Under the pieces are notes generated by a model. That model searched no databases, had not been told where the DNA came from, and worked only from the letters and a program-made list of their open reading frames with translations. A DNA stretch of 64,000 bases, from positions 62,001-126,000 of the forward strand of contig OZ361260.1 of NCBI GenBank assembly GCA_977018835.1, written 5' to 3'. Made by a program: the position numbers and the translations under genes. The DNA is from Minutocellus sp. GHC0000111 (lineage: Eukaryota). Position 1 is the stretch's first letter, and the number at the start of each line of letters is the position of its first letter. This document shows positions 1 to 11,376 of this stretch, one piece after another.

Positions 1-411
1 ATGACGACCATAAAGAAGCATGTTCTGACACACGCACTAAACAGCACACGACTTCAACAGTTTTGCACCCAGGGTTCAATGACGTGAGTTCGGCCTGTTA
101 TGACGCGGAGAAATTGTGCTCCACAAAAGGCTACGCACGTTGATGCGTCATGGAGAGCTGGCAGTCCAGAAAATCGTCCCGTGACGCATAAATACGTCAT
201 TAATTCGATTTCTTCGCTTCATTCGCACCGTTTGCGTACGTAAAGATGGTGCTCTTCGCCGAGGCCGTCGCTTAGCTGGTGCGTCCCAATCTGCACCAGA
301 GATGATGCACACAAGAGGGACCTTGACCTTGGTCCTTCTTGCATCGGCATCTTCACGGCAGTTGGGCCACGTTTGTTCCATCAGCAGTCGATTGTCGCCA
401 TCACCGCATCT

Positions 412-2345
412 CGTCATTTCAGCGTCATCATCATTCTTGCCAAAAAGCCACTCATCAGTCATGCTACGCTGGCCTCTTCTCGCCCACATCTTGTGCTGAC
501 TTTTGCCCTCCGCCAGATACTGCCGGCCGCAGTGGCGTGTATCATTGTGAGAGGAGTACCACGGATACCAAACATCAATACCATGAAAGACACCAATAGT
601 ATCAGCGAGGGAAATGCTGCCGCTGATGGAGATTCGAATGGTCAGAATCATCGACCGACACCACAGGCCGAAACGGCCACGGCCGGGAACGAGCACGACG
701 GTACCGGCAGAGAGGCAAATAATGGTGACGAACAAGCCGCAGCAACCGCAGCAGAAGAACTACAGCAACAAGCAAATGATTCAAATAAGACGGCACCGGC
801 CGGGTCATCCATGCCGGTGCAAACGCCATCCGAGCGGCTGCTGATCAAAATGTCGGTCCACAACAGCAACGTTGCAGTCGGACAAGGTCAATTGGTTGAG
901 CAATTGTCCGTCGAGGATCGGCTACCGCCACCGACGACGTCTGGAACTGGTCTTGGCGCAAGTATTGATTCTCTGGAGAAGGCGGAAAGTGACAAGCAAA
1001 GTTCAGGCAAGAAGGTCTCTGTGGATGAAAATGATGTCTACGACGACAAGGTTTGGTATGCATTAGGCATCACCGTGGCGCAACGGCTCGTTCATCTCAA
1101 GAAGTTGACTCGAATATCTAATGATGACGATAAAGTTGGCAGCAAAACTACGAATGAGGAATGGGATCAGGTTGTGTCGGGCATCGTAGATACGTTGCGT
1201 ATCAGCAGTATCGACGCGGAAGAGAAGCAATTGGAACTCATGGAGATATATCAAGATGATATTCAGCAACTGGTTGAAACAAGAATGAAGCGGCAGCAGC
1301 AAGGCTCTTCCTCGGCGATGGCAGAAGCAAATGAGACGCCGCTTCATCCATCTGACTCATCGTTCGGGGTGTTTGGCTCGGCAATATCGACCGTTTCTTC
1401 TTTGCGGTCGGTTGAAGAGGAGAAAACACGTGATAAAAGCAAAAATGAGAAGGCGCTCGATGGAAAATTGAGGAGAGAAGCATATGTTACCGGCGCAACG
1501 GCTGACGACGGGGAGATTAAAAGGGCCGAGAAAGCGAGAATTGCTTCGGAGGGGACTCTCCGTTCCAACCTTAATGACGCCGGGAGAACCGCCAGCGACG
1601 ATATCCTCCGCCTCGTGCTATATCCTGACTCCACCGACCCAGCAGTCACAGCGGATAGGCCCAATTCGCCATTGACCAGAGATGCAAGCAACGCAACCAA
1701 TAATACCGCGTCTACGGGCACCCCGGGAGCCTTTCGTGTTCGGTCAATGGCGCATGGACCGAGCACAATCGAACGAGCTACCGCCGGGGATAGTGCAAGC
1801 CGCGAACATAGCTATTCCTATACCAACCGAAGCAGTTTAGCAGAGAGTTTCGTCAAGGGTCAAGATATCTGTGTCGAGGCGGTGGCATGTCATGACGGGA
1901 ACGATATCGAAGAACAGCAAGTGGTCGTGATCGCCAAGGAAGTAACCATTTGGTCACAGCTACGACAGCCCAAAATCTTGGCCGTCATTGGATGTTTGAT
2001 GCTGATTGCTGTGGCAATCGCGGTGCCAATTACTATGAAGGCAGACTCGAAAATACCTTCTGAAGGTGTTGAAATGATTATGGAGGACGATGACGACCGA
2101 GACGAAGACAAGACCGAAGGAGGCATGCCCATCTTTGCTTGTAACTTTACGGAGCAATATACAAAACTGATTGGGAAAAGCCTAGGAGACTACGGCTTAT
2201 CGATCAGCACTTCAGGAGAAGATGCAATCCGATGGCTTGGAGATCGCATGTCTTTTTTTAATTCGCCAAACAACCAATTTGCTTTTTGTGAGAAAGACGT
2301 GGCCGATCAGTCGCTTCTTCAAATTTACTCATTGGCCTCTATTTT
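412..2345 (+). repeat. Copy 1 of a 1934-bp direct duplication (copy 2 at 4222-6155)
   Basis: Matches 4222-6155 at offset 3810. Differences seen: GG675-676 vs TT4485-4486 and C1342 vs T5152. Identity starts at cgtcatttcagc and ends at ttggcctctatttt. Confidence 0.97.
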
Positions 2346-2649
2346 TTGTTCTCGCATGCAGTCGTCAGCGATTACAGACTCTAGCAGATACCAAAAGCCA
2401 CGAAGTTCTTCGTCGGCGGAATATTCCGCAAACTTGCGTCGGCCGGGAAATATGCAGATGATTGCTCTACCGGCTGTGTCTGTGTACGGCAAAAGTCGGT
2501 ACACCGCACGTTCGGCAAGGGCTTCAATGTCGGACTTGCTCATTCCCAAGTCGGACTCAAATGCCCGCTCTGGACCAAACAATTCCACGCGAGCCTCCCA
2601 ATACTGGGCCATGCGAAGAGCCGCCGCCCCGGCGTCGCCATCGGCGTAG
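583..2649 (+). pseudogene. Truncated, chimeric copy of the LRR membrane-protein gene; lacks the LRRs
   Basis: Nearly identical to the 4393 protein up to ...QIYSLASIF, then reads ~100 codons of the antisense strand of the neighbouring gene. Confidence 0.85.
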
Positions 2650-3095
2650 TCCAAGAACATGCCCTTTCGTTTGGCGTTGACCAGCTGTGGCTTCAATTCG
2701 CGGGCAAATCTATAGGCCGAGTTTTTCTCGATGGGGAGCTGTTGTATTTGAGTGTTCATGTCCCGCAGCAGATCCACCTGGCTCGGAGTTGGACTGGTGC
2801 TGGGCAGATCAGTAGTTGAAGCGGCGGCGCCATAAATCGACGAGACGTTCAGTTGAAGAGCCTCCCGGAGAGTTGTGCTCAGACCAGGCACGCCGGAAAC
2901 ATCCGCATGTATCTCCGCAATTTCCGCAGCGGTCAGGGCCGATATTTCCCTCTGAGCTTCCTCGTGAGTCATCGACTTCAGATTATACTTCGGCAGCAGC
3001 TTTGCAACGAGTCTGTCACCATCGTCGCCTTCGATTATCTGGTTCTCGGCACTGTGACTTTTGGCTGTTGCCTGTTGCTGTCTTGGGAAAGACAT
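2346..3095 (-). pseudogene. 3'-truncated diatom CRAL-TRIO/SEC14-like gene
   Basis: Motifs AALRMAQYWEARVELFG and YRLLPYTDTAGRAIICIF...LRGFWYLLE resemble diatom CRAL-TRIO-like proteins. The frame runs into the duplication breakpoint at 2345 and stops at 2325. Confidence 0.65.
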
Positions 3096-3510
3096 TCTTG
3101 CACGCGCGGCCTCGCCCTTCTCTCTGACGCGTTTATAGCAGCAGGGGCGTGGATACCTACGTCAAAACTACAAAGTTGGTGATTGACAGGGTCCTTGGCA
3201 TGCTCCTTGCCGGCCAGTCGCATGCGTTTTGCTTTCTTCGCTGCTCGACGCCGAAACAAGTCAGGAACGCATGAGACTGGCCGGTGATGTAGGCAGGGAT
3301 TGACTGCAGGGAGGACTTGAGGAAAACTTGACTTTCGGATGACGTGTCAAAAAGTTTATGAGCTCACGGACCCCACCAGTTTTTCTGCGTGAGCATGTTG
3401 ATTCTTACATGTGTAACAATTTTCTACACAGTCGTTTTGTCATGTTGACATGCTCAGGCGTTGGAAAGTGGAGAAAGTAGGTTAGAACAAGCAAAACCAG
3501 CCGCAAATAA

Positions 3511-4060
3511 TTACTCATAGCGCCGTTCAGGTCCACTTCTAAATCCTCTAAACTGCTCGTAGCAACCATGTTCGTCGTCTCGACTCGAAGCGACGAGCCG
3601 AGAATCCGTCACTCCATCAGAGCACCAACCAGTCTCAAAATGATTCTTTGCCTCCTCAGCGACCCTAGCTGCCTCTACCCTCGAGCCTCGAACAAAATGC
3701 AATTGTGACCTCTTGTGCAGGGAGAGACCTCGGGCAATGGCACCGGCAAGCGCTCGACGATGTAGGTGCAGGGTGTGACAGAGAACAAGCTCTCTCTCCA
3801 CACACCCTTGACGACCTCAGTCTCGAAAATGGGCGAATTGCATGCCGCATCACCCCGAGCTACCGCCATGCGAGCACAGACTTTCAGCACCTCTTGAAAG
3901 TCTTCGTTGGTCTCACCGTACGCTCCGATGACGAATGGAATGACGCCTCCCCTGCAGAAGGTGTTGCAGGCGCGTTCTGGAATGGACCAGAAATGCCATC
4001 ATTGCCGTTCCCCACTACATTTGGAGCGAAGATCTGATCAATCCTCTTCTTAGAATGTAG
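3511..4060 (-). mobile_element. Degenerate 3' fragment of a CRE-like (RLE-type) non-LTR retrotransposon ORF
   Basis: Joining across two frameshifts gives KKRIDQIFAPNVVGNGNDGISGPFQNA/NTFCRGGVIPFVIGAYGETNEDFQEVLKVCARMAVA.../RRALAGAIARGLSLHKRSQLHFVR, resembling the C-terminus of diatom CRE-type elements (P.v.GA.GE.N motif). Confidence 0.65.
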
Positions 4061-4221
4061 ATGTAGGCAAGAAAGAGCTCAATTCGGAGATCAATTGTTT
4101 GAATCAATATATCCTAATTGGCGTATTAAATTGCATTCAGTTCACTTTGATCTGCCGCTGGTGCAAGCATGTAGGAATTCCTCGGCCTCTCGACTTTTTA
4201 GGTGGTTGAATTAATTAATTG

Positions 4222-6155
4222 CGTCATTTCAGCGTCATCATCATTCTTGCCAAAAAGCCACTCATCAGTCATGCTACGCTGGCCTCTTCTCGCCCACATC
4301 TTGTGCTGACTTTTGCCCTCCGCCAGATACTGCCGGCCGCAGTGGCGTGTATCATTGTGAGAGGAGTACCACGGATACCAAACATCAATACCATGAAAGA
4401 CACCAATAGTATCAGCGAGGGAAATGCTGCCGCTGATGGAGATTCGAATGGTCAGAATCATCGACCGACACCACAGGCCGAAACTTCCACGGCCGGGAAC
4501 GAGCACGACGGTACCGGCAGAGAGGCAAATAATGGTGACGAACAAGCCGCAGCAACCGCAGCAGAAGAACTACAGCAACAAGCAAATGATTCAAATAAGA
4601 CGGCACCGGCCGGGTCATCCATGCCGGTGCAAACGCCATCCGAGCGGCTGCTGATCAAAATGTCGGTCCACAACAGCAACGTTGCAGTCGGACAAGGTCA
4701 ATTGGTTGAGCAATTGTCCGTCGAGGATCGGCTACCGCCACCGACGACGTCTGGAACTGGTCTTGGCGCAAGTATTGATTCTCTGGAGAAGGCGGAAAGT
4801 GACAAGCAAAGTTCAGGCAAGAAGGTCTCTGTGGATGAAAATGATGTCTACGACGACAAGGTTTGGTATGCATTAGGCATCACCGTGGCGCAACGGCTCG
4901 TTCATCTCAAGAAGTTGACTCGAATATCTAATGATGACGATAAAGTTGGCAGCAAAACTACGAATGAGGAATGGGATCAGGTTGTGTCGGGCATCGTAGA
5001 TACGTTGCGTATCAGCAGTATCGACGCGGAAGAGAAGCAATTGGAACTCATGGAGATATATCAAGATGATATTCAGCAACTGGTTGAAACAAGAATGAAG
5101 CGGCAGCAGCAAGGCTCTTCCTCGGCGATGGCAGAAGCAAATGAGACGCCGTTTCATCCATCTGACTCATCGTTCGGGGTGTTTGGCTCGGCAATATCGA
5201 CCGTTTCTTCTTTGCGGTCGGTTGAAGAGGAGAAAACACGTGATAAAAGCAAAAATGAGAAGGCGCTCGATGGAAAATTGAGGAGAGAAGCATATGTTAC
5301 CGGCGCAACGGCTGACGACGGGGAGATTAAAAGGGCCGAGAAAGCGAGAATTGCTTCGGAGGGGACTCTCCGTTCCAACCTTAATGACGCCGGGAGAACC
5401 GCCAGCGACGATATCCTCCGCCTCGTGCTATATCCTGACTCCACCGACCCAGCAGTCACAGCGGATAGGCCCAATTCGCCATTGACCAGAGATGCAAGCA
5501 ACGCAACCAATAATACCGCGTCTACGGGCACCCCGGGAGCCTTTCGTGTTCGGTCAATGGCGCATGGACCGAGCACAATCGAACGAGCTACCGCCGGGGA
5601 TAGTGCAAGCCGCGAACATAGCTATTCCTATACCAACCGAAGCAGTTTAGCAGAGAGTTTCGTCAAGGGTCAAGATATCTGTGTCGAGGCGGTGGCATGT
5701 CATGACGGGAACGATATCGAAGAACAGCAAGTGGTCGTGATCGCCAAGGAAGTAACCATTTGGTCACAGCTACGACAGCCCAAAATCTTGGCCGTCATTG
5801 GATGTTTGATGCTGATTGCTGTGGCAATCGCGGTGCCAATTACTATGAAGGCAGACTCGAAAATACCTTCTGAAGGTGTTGAAATGATTATGGAGGACGA
5901 TGACGACCGAGACGAAGACAAGACCGAAGGAGGCATGCCCATCTTTGCTTGTAACTTTACGGAGCAATATACAAAACTGATTGGGAAAAGCCTAGGAGAC
6001 TACGGCTTATCGATCAGCACTTCAGGAGAAGATGCAATCCGATGGCTTGGAGATCGCATGTCTTTTTTTAATTCGCCAAACAACCAATTTGCTTTTTGTG
6101 AGAAAGACGTGGCCGATCAGTCGCTTCTTCAAATTTACTCATTGGCCTCTATTTT
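4222..6155 (+). repeat. Copy 2 of the 1934-bp direct duplication
   Basis: See copy 1 (412-2345). Confidence 0.97.
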
Positions 6156-6705
6156 CTTTTCATCGTCGCCGTCAAAGCGAAGTATTCTGGATCAGGCTGG
6201 GACTAAAGCACCCTTTTGTGATAAGAAGGAAGGCGATATTGGTTGGCCAAGTTCACTCGATGCTAGCGAAGATGTATGCCAATGGGAAGGAGTTATTTGC
6301 GACGAAAACACCACCGCTGTTGTGTCACTTGATCTGAGCCGAAGAGGCTGGTCAGGAACAATACCGGATGAATTTATCATTTTGCAAGAGTCCTTGTCCT
6401 ATCTTGACCTTTCGTTTAATGCCTATTCCGGCCCGTTGCCATCCACGCTCGGATTGTTACAAAATCTTTTCTATCTGGACGTATCAGCGAACTCACTCAC
6501 GGGGACAATCCCCTCCGCCCTAGCCAATCTCACAGTGGCATATGAAATTTATCTCGATAATAATTCATGGAATAGCACCGCAGCGCCCCCCGAAGTGTGT
6601 AACTTGAAAGAGACAGGAATCCTCACCATCCTCGCGGTTGGAGAAGGTTGTAGTTGTTGTTCGTCCTGTCCATCCCTTAGCCTTTACAGTCCCGATTGGA
6701 TTTAA
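4393..6705 (+). CDS. Single-pass membrane leucine-rich-repeat protein (diatom-expanded family)
   Basis: Disordered N-terminus with TPGAFRV motif, TM helix ILAVIGCLMLIAVAIAVPI, LRRNT cap (VCQWEGVIC), plant-type LRRs (LDLSRRGWSGTIP, LDLSFNAYSGPLP, LDVSANSLTGTIP) and Cys-rich tail. First ATG at 4393. Confidence 0.9.
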   Translation: MKDTNSISEGNAAADGDSNGQNHRPTPQAETSTAGNEHDGTGREANNGDEQAAATAAEELQQQANDSNKTAPAGSSMPVQTPSERLLIKMSVHNSNVAVGQGQLVEQLSVEDRLPPPTTSGTGLGASIDSLEKAESDKQSSGKKVSVDENDVYDDKVWYALGITVAQRLVHLKKLTRISNDDDKVGSKTTNEEWDQVVSGIVDTLRISSIDAEEKQLELMEIYQDDIQQLVETRMKRQQQGSSSAMAEANETPFHPSDSSFGVFGSAISTVSSLRSVEEEKTRDKSKNEKALDGKLRREAYVTGATADDGEIKRAEKARIASEGTLRSNLNDAGRTASDDILRLVLYPDSTDPAVTADRPNSPLTRDASNATNNTASTGTPGAFRVRSMAHGPSTIERATAGDSASREHSYSYTNRSSLAESFVKGQDICVEAVACHDGNDIEEQQVVVIAKEVTIWSQLRQPKILAVIGCLMLIAVAIAVPITMKADSKIPSEGVEMIMEDDDDRDEDKTEGGMPIFACNFTEQYTKLIGKSLGDYGLSISTSGEDAIRWLGDRMSFFNSPNNQFAFCEKDVADQSLLQIYSLASIFFSSSPSKRSILDQAGTKAPFCDKKEGDIGWPSSLDASEDVCQWEGVICDENTTAVVSLDLSRRGWSGTIPDEFIILQESLSYLDLSFNAYSGPLPSTLGLLQNLFYLDVSANSLTGTIPSALANLTVAYEIYLDNNSWNSTAAPPEVCNLKETGILTILAVGEGCSCCSSCPSLSLYSPDWI

Positions 6706-6811
6706 AACGCTTCGTGGTGTGGGAAATGAAGCAGTCAAATGCAATCCTCATGTAGACCTATATCTTATACATATGATACATACATTAGGTTATACTTACC
6801 TTAGAAATTAG

Positions 6812-8937
6812 CTATAGATCACTTTCTTCATAGTTCAAGGCTACGAGTCTAAGCTCTCTTCTTCTCGTAGTAGCAATGTTCGATGCCGCAAGGGCAAGCT
6901 CATTTACCACGCGATTTGGCATCATACCCAACAATGTTTTGGCATTGGTGGCATCCATCGGCGTTGTGACATGCGGGCTGAGCCTGTCCAATCCGGCATC
7001 GCCAATCATCCCGTAGATGTAAGTTGCGATTGGACTATTCGGCATGTCAAATGCAGATTGCCCATCCCGACCGTCACGCAGGATTGCAGTCTCATCTACT
7101 GTGACCGATCCATCCGTCGGAAACATGACTGTGATGTAATCCTCAATTCTTGGCGGTGAATGTTCGTTGGTGATACAATCGCCCACAAGCAACGTCATTG
7201 GACAATCCCCACCAGTCAATTCCGCCAGAGCTGCCAATACCGCTGCTTCCAATATTTTGGCTTTCATGTAAGTTTGCGCAATTTTGAGATTCTGACTTGC
7301 GCGTCCAATCATATTGTAGTACTCTTGGTTGGTGGGATATGCACGAAACTGGGCAAAGATTACGGATGGGTCGAGGTAGGAAAAGAAACCGGCCATTCTC
7401 GAGAGAGCAGAGCTGTATTCTGATATGCGGTATGTCAGAGAGGCACCCGAAGCATGACGGAAGCAAACGTTTGATTCCGGCAGTAACGCCCACGTATTGG
7501 CCAGAAAACGAGAGGGACAACCGGCGAAATTGCCAACGTCGCGATTGGCCAATCCAACTGCTTTCTGTACCATCTGTACCAAGTCGGCATCGGTCAAAGG
7601 ACCACCGTCGGCGTTACAGCTGCTCAGCTGCATCTGACATTTGTTCCTCACCAACACCAATCGATCATACAATGCTTCCGACGGACTAATGCCATTCTCG
7701 TCGTTCGGTCTGAATGGTACCGTTGCTTCTATACATGCGACAATGGCCATGAGGTGTGGAAATGACAGTGTAGATTGCAAACATCGCACCGCAATAATTG
7801 CCGACAGAAATTCGTTCATGCCCTTGAACAGGTCCAATTTTGTTATAGTAGACGATATGTCAAATCCAAATACATCGCAAATCATGGCAGGATAAGGATC
7901 CATTGCGGCATTGTAGGCAATTTCGGGCGAAAGAGAAAGGGTGGCATCGTTCGGATCAATGGTTATGATGCCGTTGAGTTTGACCGATTGTGCAGGGGAC
8001 AGCCCTCCGTCAATTTGATAATACACAACGTCGTGAAAGTATGCCGCAATGGTTTGAATGGCATCAACTGGTTCGGCTGTACTCCTCTCTGAAGTGATAT
8101 CCCACAAATGATCCAGAGAGTGAAAGCTGCGAGAAGGATTTGACATGCTGTCGTAATTAGGACGGACCACTCCTCGATGAGATGACATGGTACTGCTGTG
8201 GTGGCTTCGGCTGATGCGTCGCCATTGATGCCGCCGGCAAGTAGAGTTGACACGGCCGATTGTAGATTCAACGAAAGGCGCTGCAGTGTTGTCTCACTCG
8301 GTCTTTTGATTATATCGGCACCAGCACCGACGCCATTTGCCAAAGAAAAGGAGGAAGAAAGAGGCGTAACAACGTTCGGTCGACCTGGTGATGTTGCCGA
8401 AGAAACGCCGCTGTAACTATCAGCCGATTCGTTGCTTGCGCCTGATGCATCACTCGCTGCAAGTTTAACGCTGCGAGGCCGCGGTATCTCAACTGGTCCT
8501 GAAAACAAACGATGCTTGTGCTCCAAGGCCTGCCGTCGTGAGCGTCTGCGCGATGCGGGCGTTGAAGTTATCAGCGGCAGCGGCGGTGCGAAACCCACGG
8601 CAGGCGACGGCAATACGAAAGCAAAATGGAGGAGACCAACGCCTGTCGACCCGGCACAGATGAAGGTGGCGCTGGCAGCAGCAGCAGCAGCGGTGGCAAT
8701 TCGTCGTCGCCGTGCAGGCCCATGTGTTGTTTGTGCTTGCAATGAGGGTGACGTGGTGGAAGATGGTTGAGGCGACGTCATTGTTGTATCGCCTTCACGA
8801 GAGGAGTGCGTTGGTGTAGAAGCTGTGCCAACTTCAGAAATCACATGCATCTGCATGCGGCGCCGCTTCTTGGATTTGGTGGCCATCCCGCCGTTGCGGT
8901 CAGCAGGTGGCAAAGGAACACGGGCATGTGTCGTCAT
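6812..8937 (-). CDS. HD-superfamily-like protein with long N-terminal extension; 1-bp frameshift at ~8156
   Basis: Motifs RSFHSLDH, AAYFHDVVYYQIDGG, NEFLSA, ACIEATVPFR, LANRDVGNF. Adding one T (cta att tac gac) joins LIEEWSVLI to YDSMSNPSRSFH. Start codon uncertain. Confidence 0.65.
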
Positions 8938-9081
8938 GGTGCCGTAAAAATCTGTGCACCGATCGAAGAACAATGAACATTCCATTTGACCCATTACCTT
9001 CCATTTGACCCATAACCTGTTCTTAGCAGCAAGAAAAATCCAGCTGTCAGCTGAGAGTGAAGTTGAGATGATTGTTGTCAC

Positions 9082-9125
9082 GTGTGTGTGTGTGTGTGTG
9101 TAGAAAGAGAGAGAGAGAGAGAGAG
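9082..9125. repeat. Compound (GT)n/(AG)n microsatellite
   Basis: gtgtgt... 9082-9101 followed by agagag... 9106-9125. Confidence 0.95.
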
Positions 9126-10011
9126 TGTTAGAGTTGAAGGAGGAGCATTGTTGCGAGTGGATTGGTAAGGATGTCGGATGCGGATGCAGGGGTGAGGAAA
9201 AGATGCTTTGGAGCGGGGTTAGAGGTTGTTTAGGTGCACCTGACTGTGGCAACAACAAGAAGAAACCAAGGACAATAGAGTTCATCCACCATAAAACCTC
9301 CACCAAAGGAACTCTCCTAGAGCACAATCGCGAGGAAGATGGCATGACGGATGACGACATCAAAGAGCTCTGCAAAGCTTGCTCTAATTTGCTCCACACT
9401 CTTTTGACGCAATGTATTCCAGGTTTCTGAAATGGTACACATGAAATGGGGTTGCACTAACACGCAGCAACAATGAAGTTCTTCTTGCCCTTCTTTTTGC
9501 TCATCGGTTGGTTGCGACACCAGTTCTTGGCACAACCCCTCGCGGCCTCAGGGTTCGCCCATTTCTTGGTGGAAGGCATTGTTCCAAGTCGAACTGAACC
9601 CCCAAACTTTTATGTAGAAAACATGCCGCCAAAGGTTGGCATGGCGCCTGTTCAATTGCATCAAAATTCTTCTTGCTTTTGCCGCGAGAATGAGCGACGT
9701 GTCTTTCGTGATTTTACTTTTTTTTACGTTTTTATGATGTCACAGTACAAAACCTGTGGCAGAGAGTTTCCGTCATTCCCAGCCGTAGGGTCATCTGTTC
9801 CGCATGAAAGAGCGGGATTAAAAAAGTGACAAATACGTCCTGTTTAGGCAACAACTCGGCCTGTTCAACAACACTCAACTCGGCGGTGGCGCTACGTAGC
9901 GAACTCCTTACCTTGCGAGAAATACCAATCACCCAGCCAAAATGCTGACCTTGCTCAAGTGAAGATACCACATACCTAGGTACTACGTAGTAGGCCTACA
10001 TACTAGCTAGT

Positions 10012-11301
10012 ATGCAAGACGCCGACCTCATGCACACCAGCGCCTCTCCACCCCACAAGGAACCGCTCCTCCCAGAGCGGTCTCCGGCGTCGGACGCACT
10101 GCCATGCGGCACTCGAAAAGCGACGCCGCTGCTGCCCTTCGCCCCTTTCTTGTCTTGGCTGGTTCGCATCTTTCAGGGCCTTGCGGGGTGGATGCAAAAG
10201 ATCTTTGGGGAAAGCATCGTGCGCGAGGATGAGGGGGGAGGCAATCTCGACCCATCCCAACCTGTTCAGGTGTACATCCTCCTGGGTGCGTCCGTGCATA
10301 TCCTTTTCCGCATGGGAGTTCCCAATTATTTGCGTATTTAAATGAGATGATGACGATGGCTTCTTTGCTTCGTCGATTGTCACTCACACATCCTATCCTT
10401 TTGCTGTATGCACACGCACATTGTTACTAGTACAGGCCAGAGCAACATGCTTGGAATGGGGCGAGTAAATTGCAATACCGACGGGACTTTGGATTATGCC
10501 GTTCATTCCAAGGGTCTATACCGGTACCTCGTCAACGATGATGGGAGTTGGTCAACCTCCGAGTCTGTTCGGAATGTTCGGGTGATGAGTTCTGGAAATG
10601 GCGGAATGCGGGTTTATCACAATGAATTTTTAACAATAAGGGGTGACACAATTGGGCCTGAGATTGACATCGGGCATTGTTTGGAGGCTGCATCTACTGC
10701 CACGCCAATCATGCTCCTCAAGAGCTGCATCGGCAATCGCAGCCTCGGTTGGGATCTTTTGCCGCCGGGAAGTCCAAAATATGACTTCAACGGACGGACG
10801 TATGCTGGATATAAGGACAGTCCTGCGAGCTGGCCATCGGATCAGCCCAAGCCAGACCCAATCGGGTGGTATGCAGGACTGCAGTACGATGCCGATATTG
10901 CCAACGCAAAGTCGGTCCTTGCCGAGCTTGACAGGTTTTATCCCGATGCGTCGTTGCGCGTGGAGTTCAAAGCCCCTCAGGCCAAGTTCGTACTTGCGAC
11001 CCTCGGGCAGACGGCATTGTCCAACGCTTCTGGCACGGAACAGCCTATCCTAGATGGAATGCTTGCAGTGGATGGCAATTCTGGAAGGTATTCGGAGTTT
11101 TCTAGAAATGTGGCGACAGTTTATTCCCACCCCCTATCGAAAGGAGGCAGCTCCAATGCGCATTACAACGGAAATGCAGAAACATACATGAATATTGGCG
11201 AAGCAATGGGCAGAGCAATGTTGGATTTGAACAACAATACAATGCCTGTAAGAGATGAAGCGCATGGGCAAATGCATGATCTTGTCCCTGTGGTTGTTTG
11301 A
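10012..11301 (+). CDS. Sialate O-acetylesterase-like (SASA/SGNH) protein; intron 10286-10435; probable internal deletion
   Basis: Splicing GT10286..AG10435 gives PVQVYILLGQSNM (block I). Also GPEI, LLKSCIGNRSLGWDLLPPGS and HYNGNAETYMNIGEAMG. Confidence 0.8.
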
Positions 11302-11376
11302 TTCAACATTTTCTTTCATAATAGAGTCCTTGGCATTGCTAATAAATTTATAGGAATCCCTGAGTTGATATTTTAA

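Noticed and set aside
8938..9399. N-terminal extension of the 478-aa ORF
   Set aside because: Runs through the (GT)/(AG) microsatellite (LSLSLS, THTHTH); not credible coding sequence.
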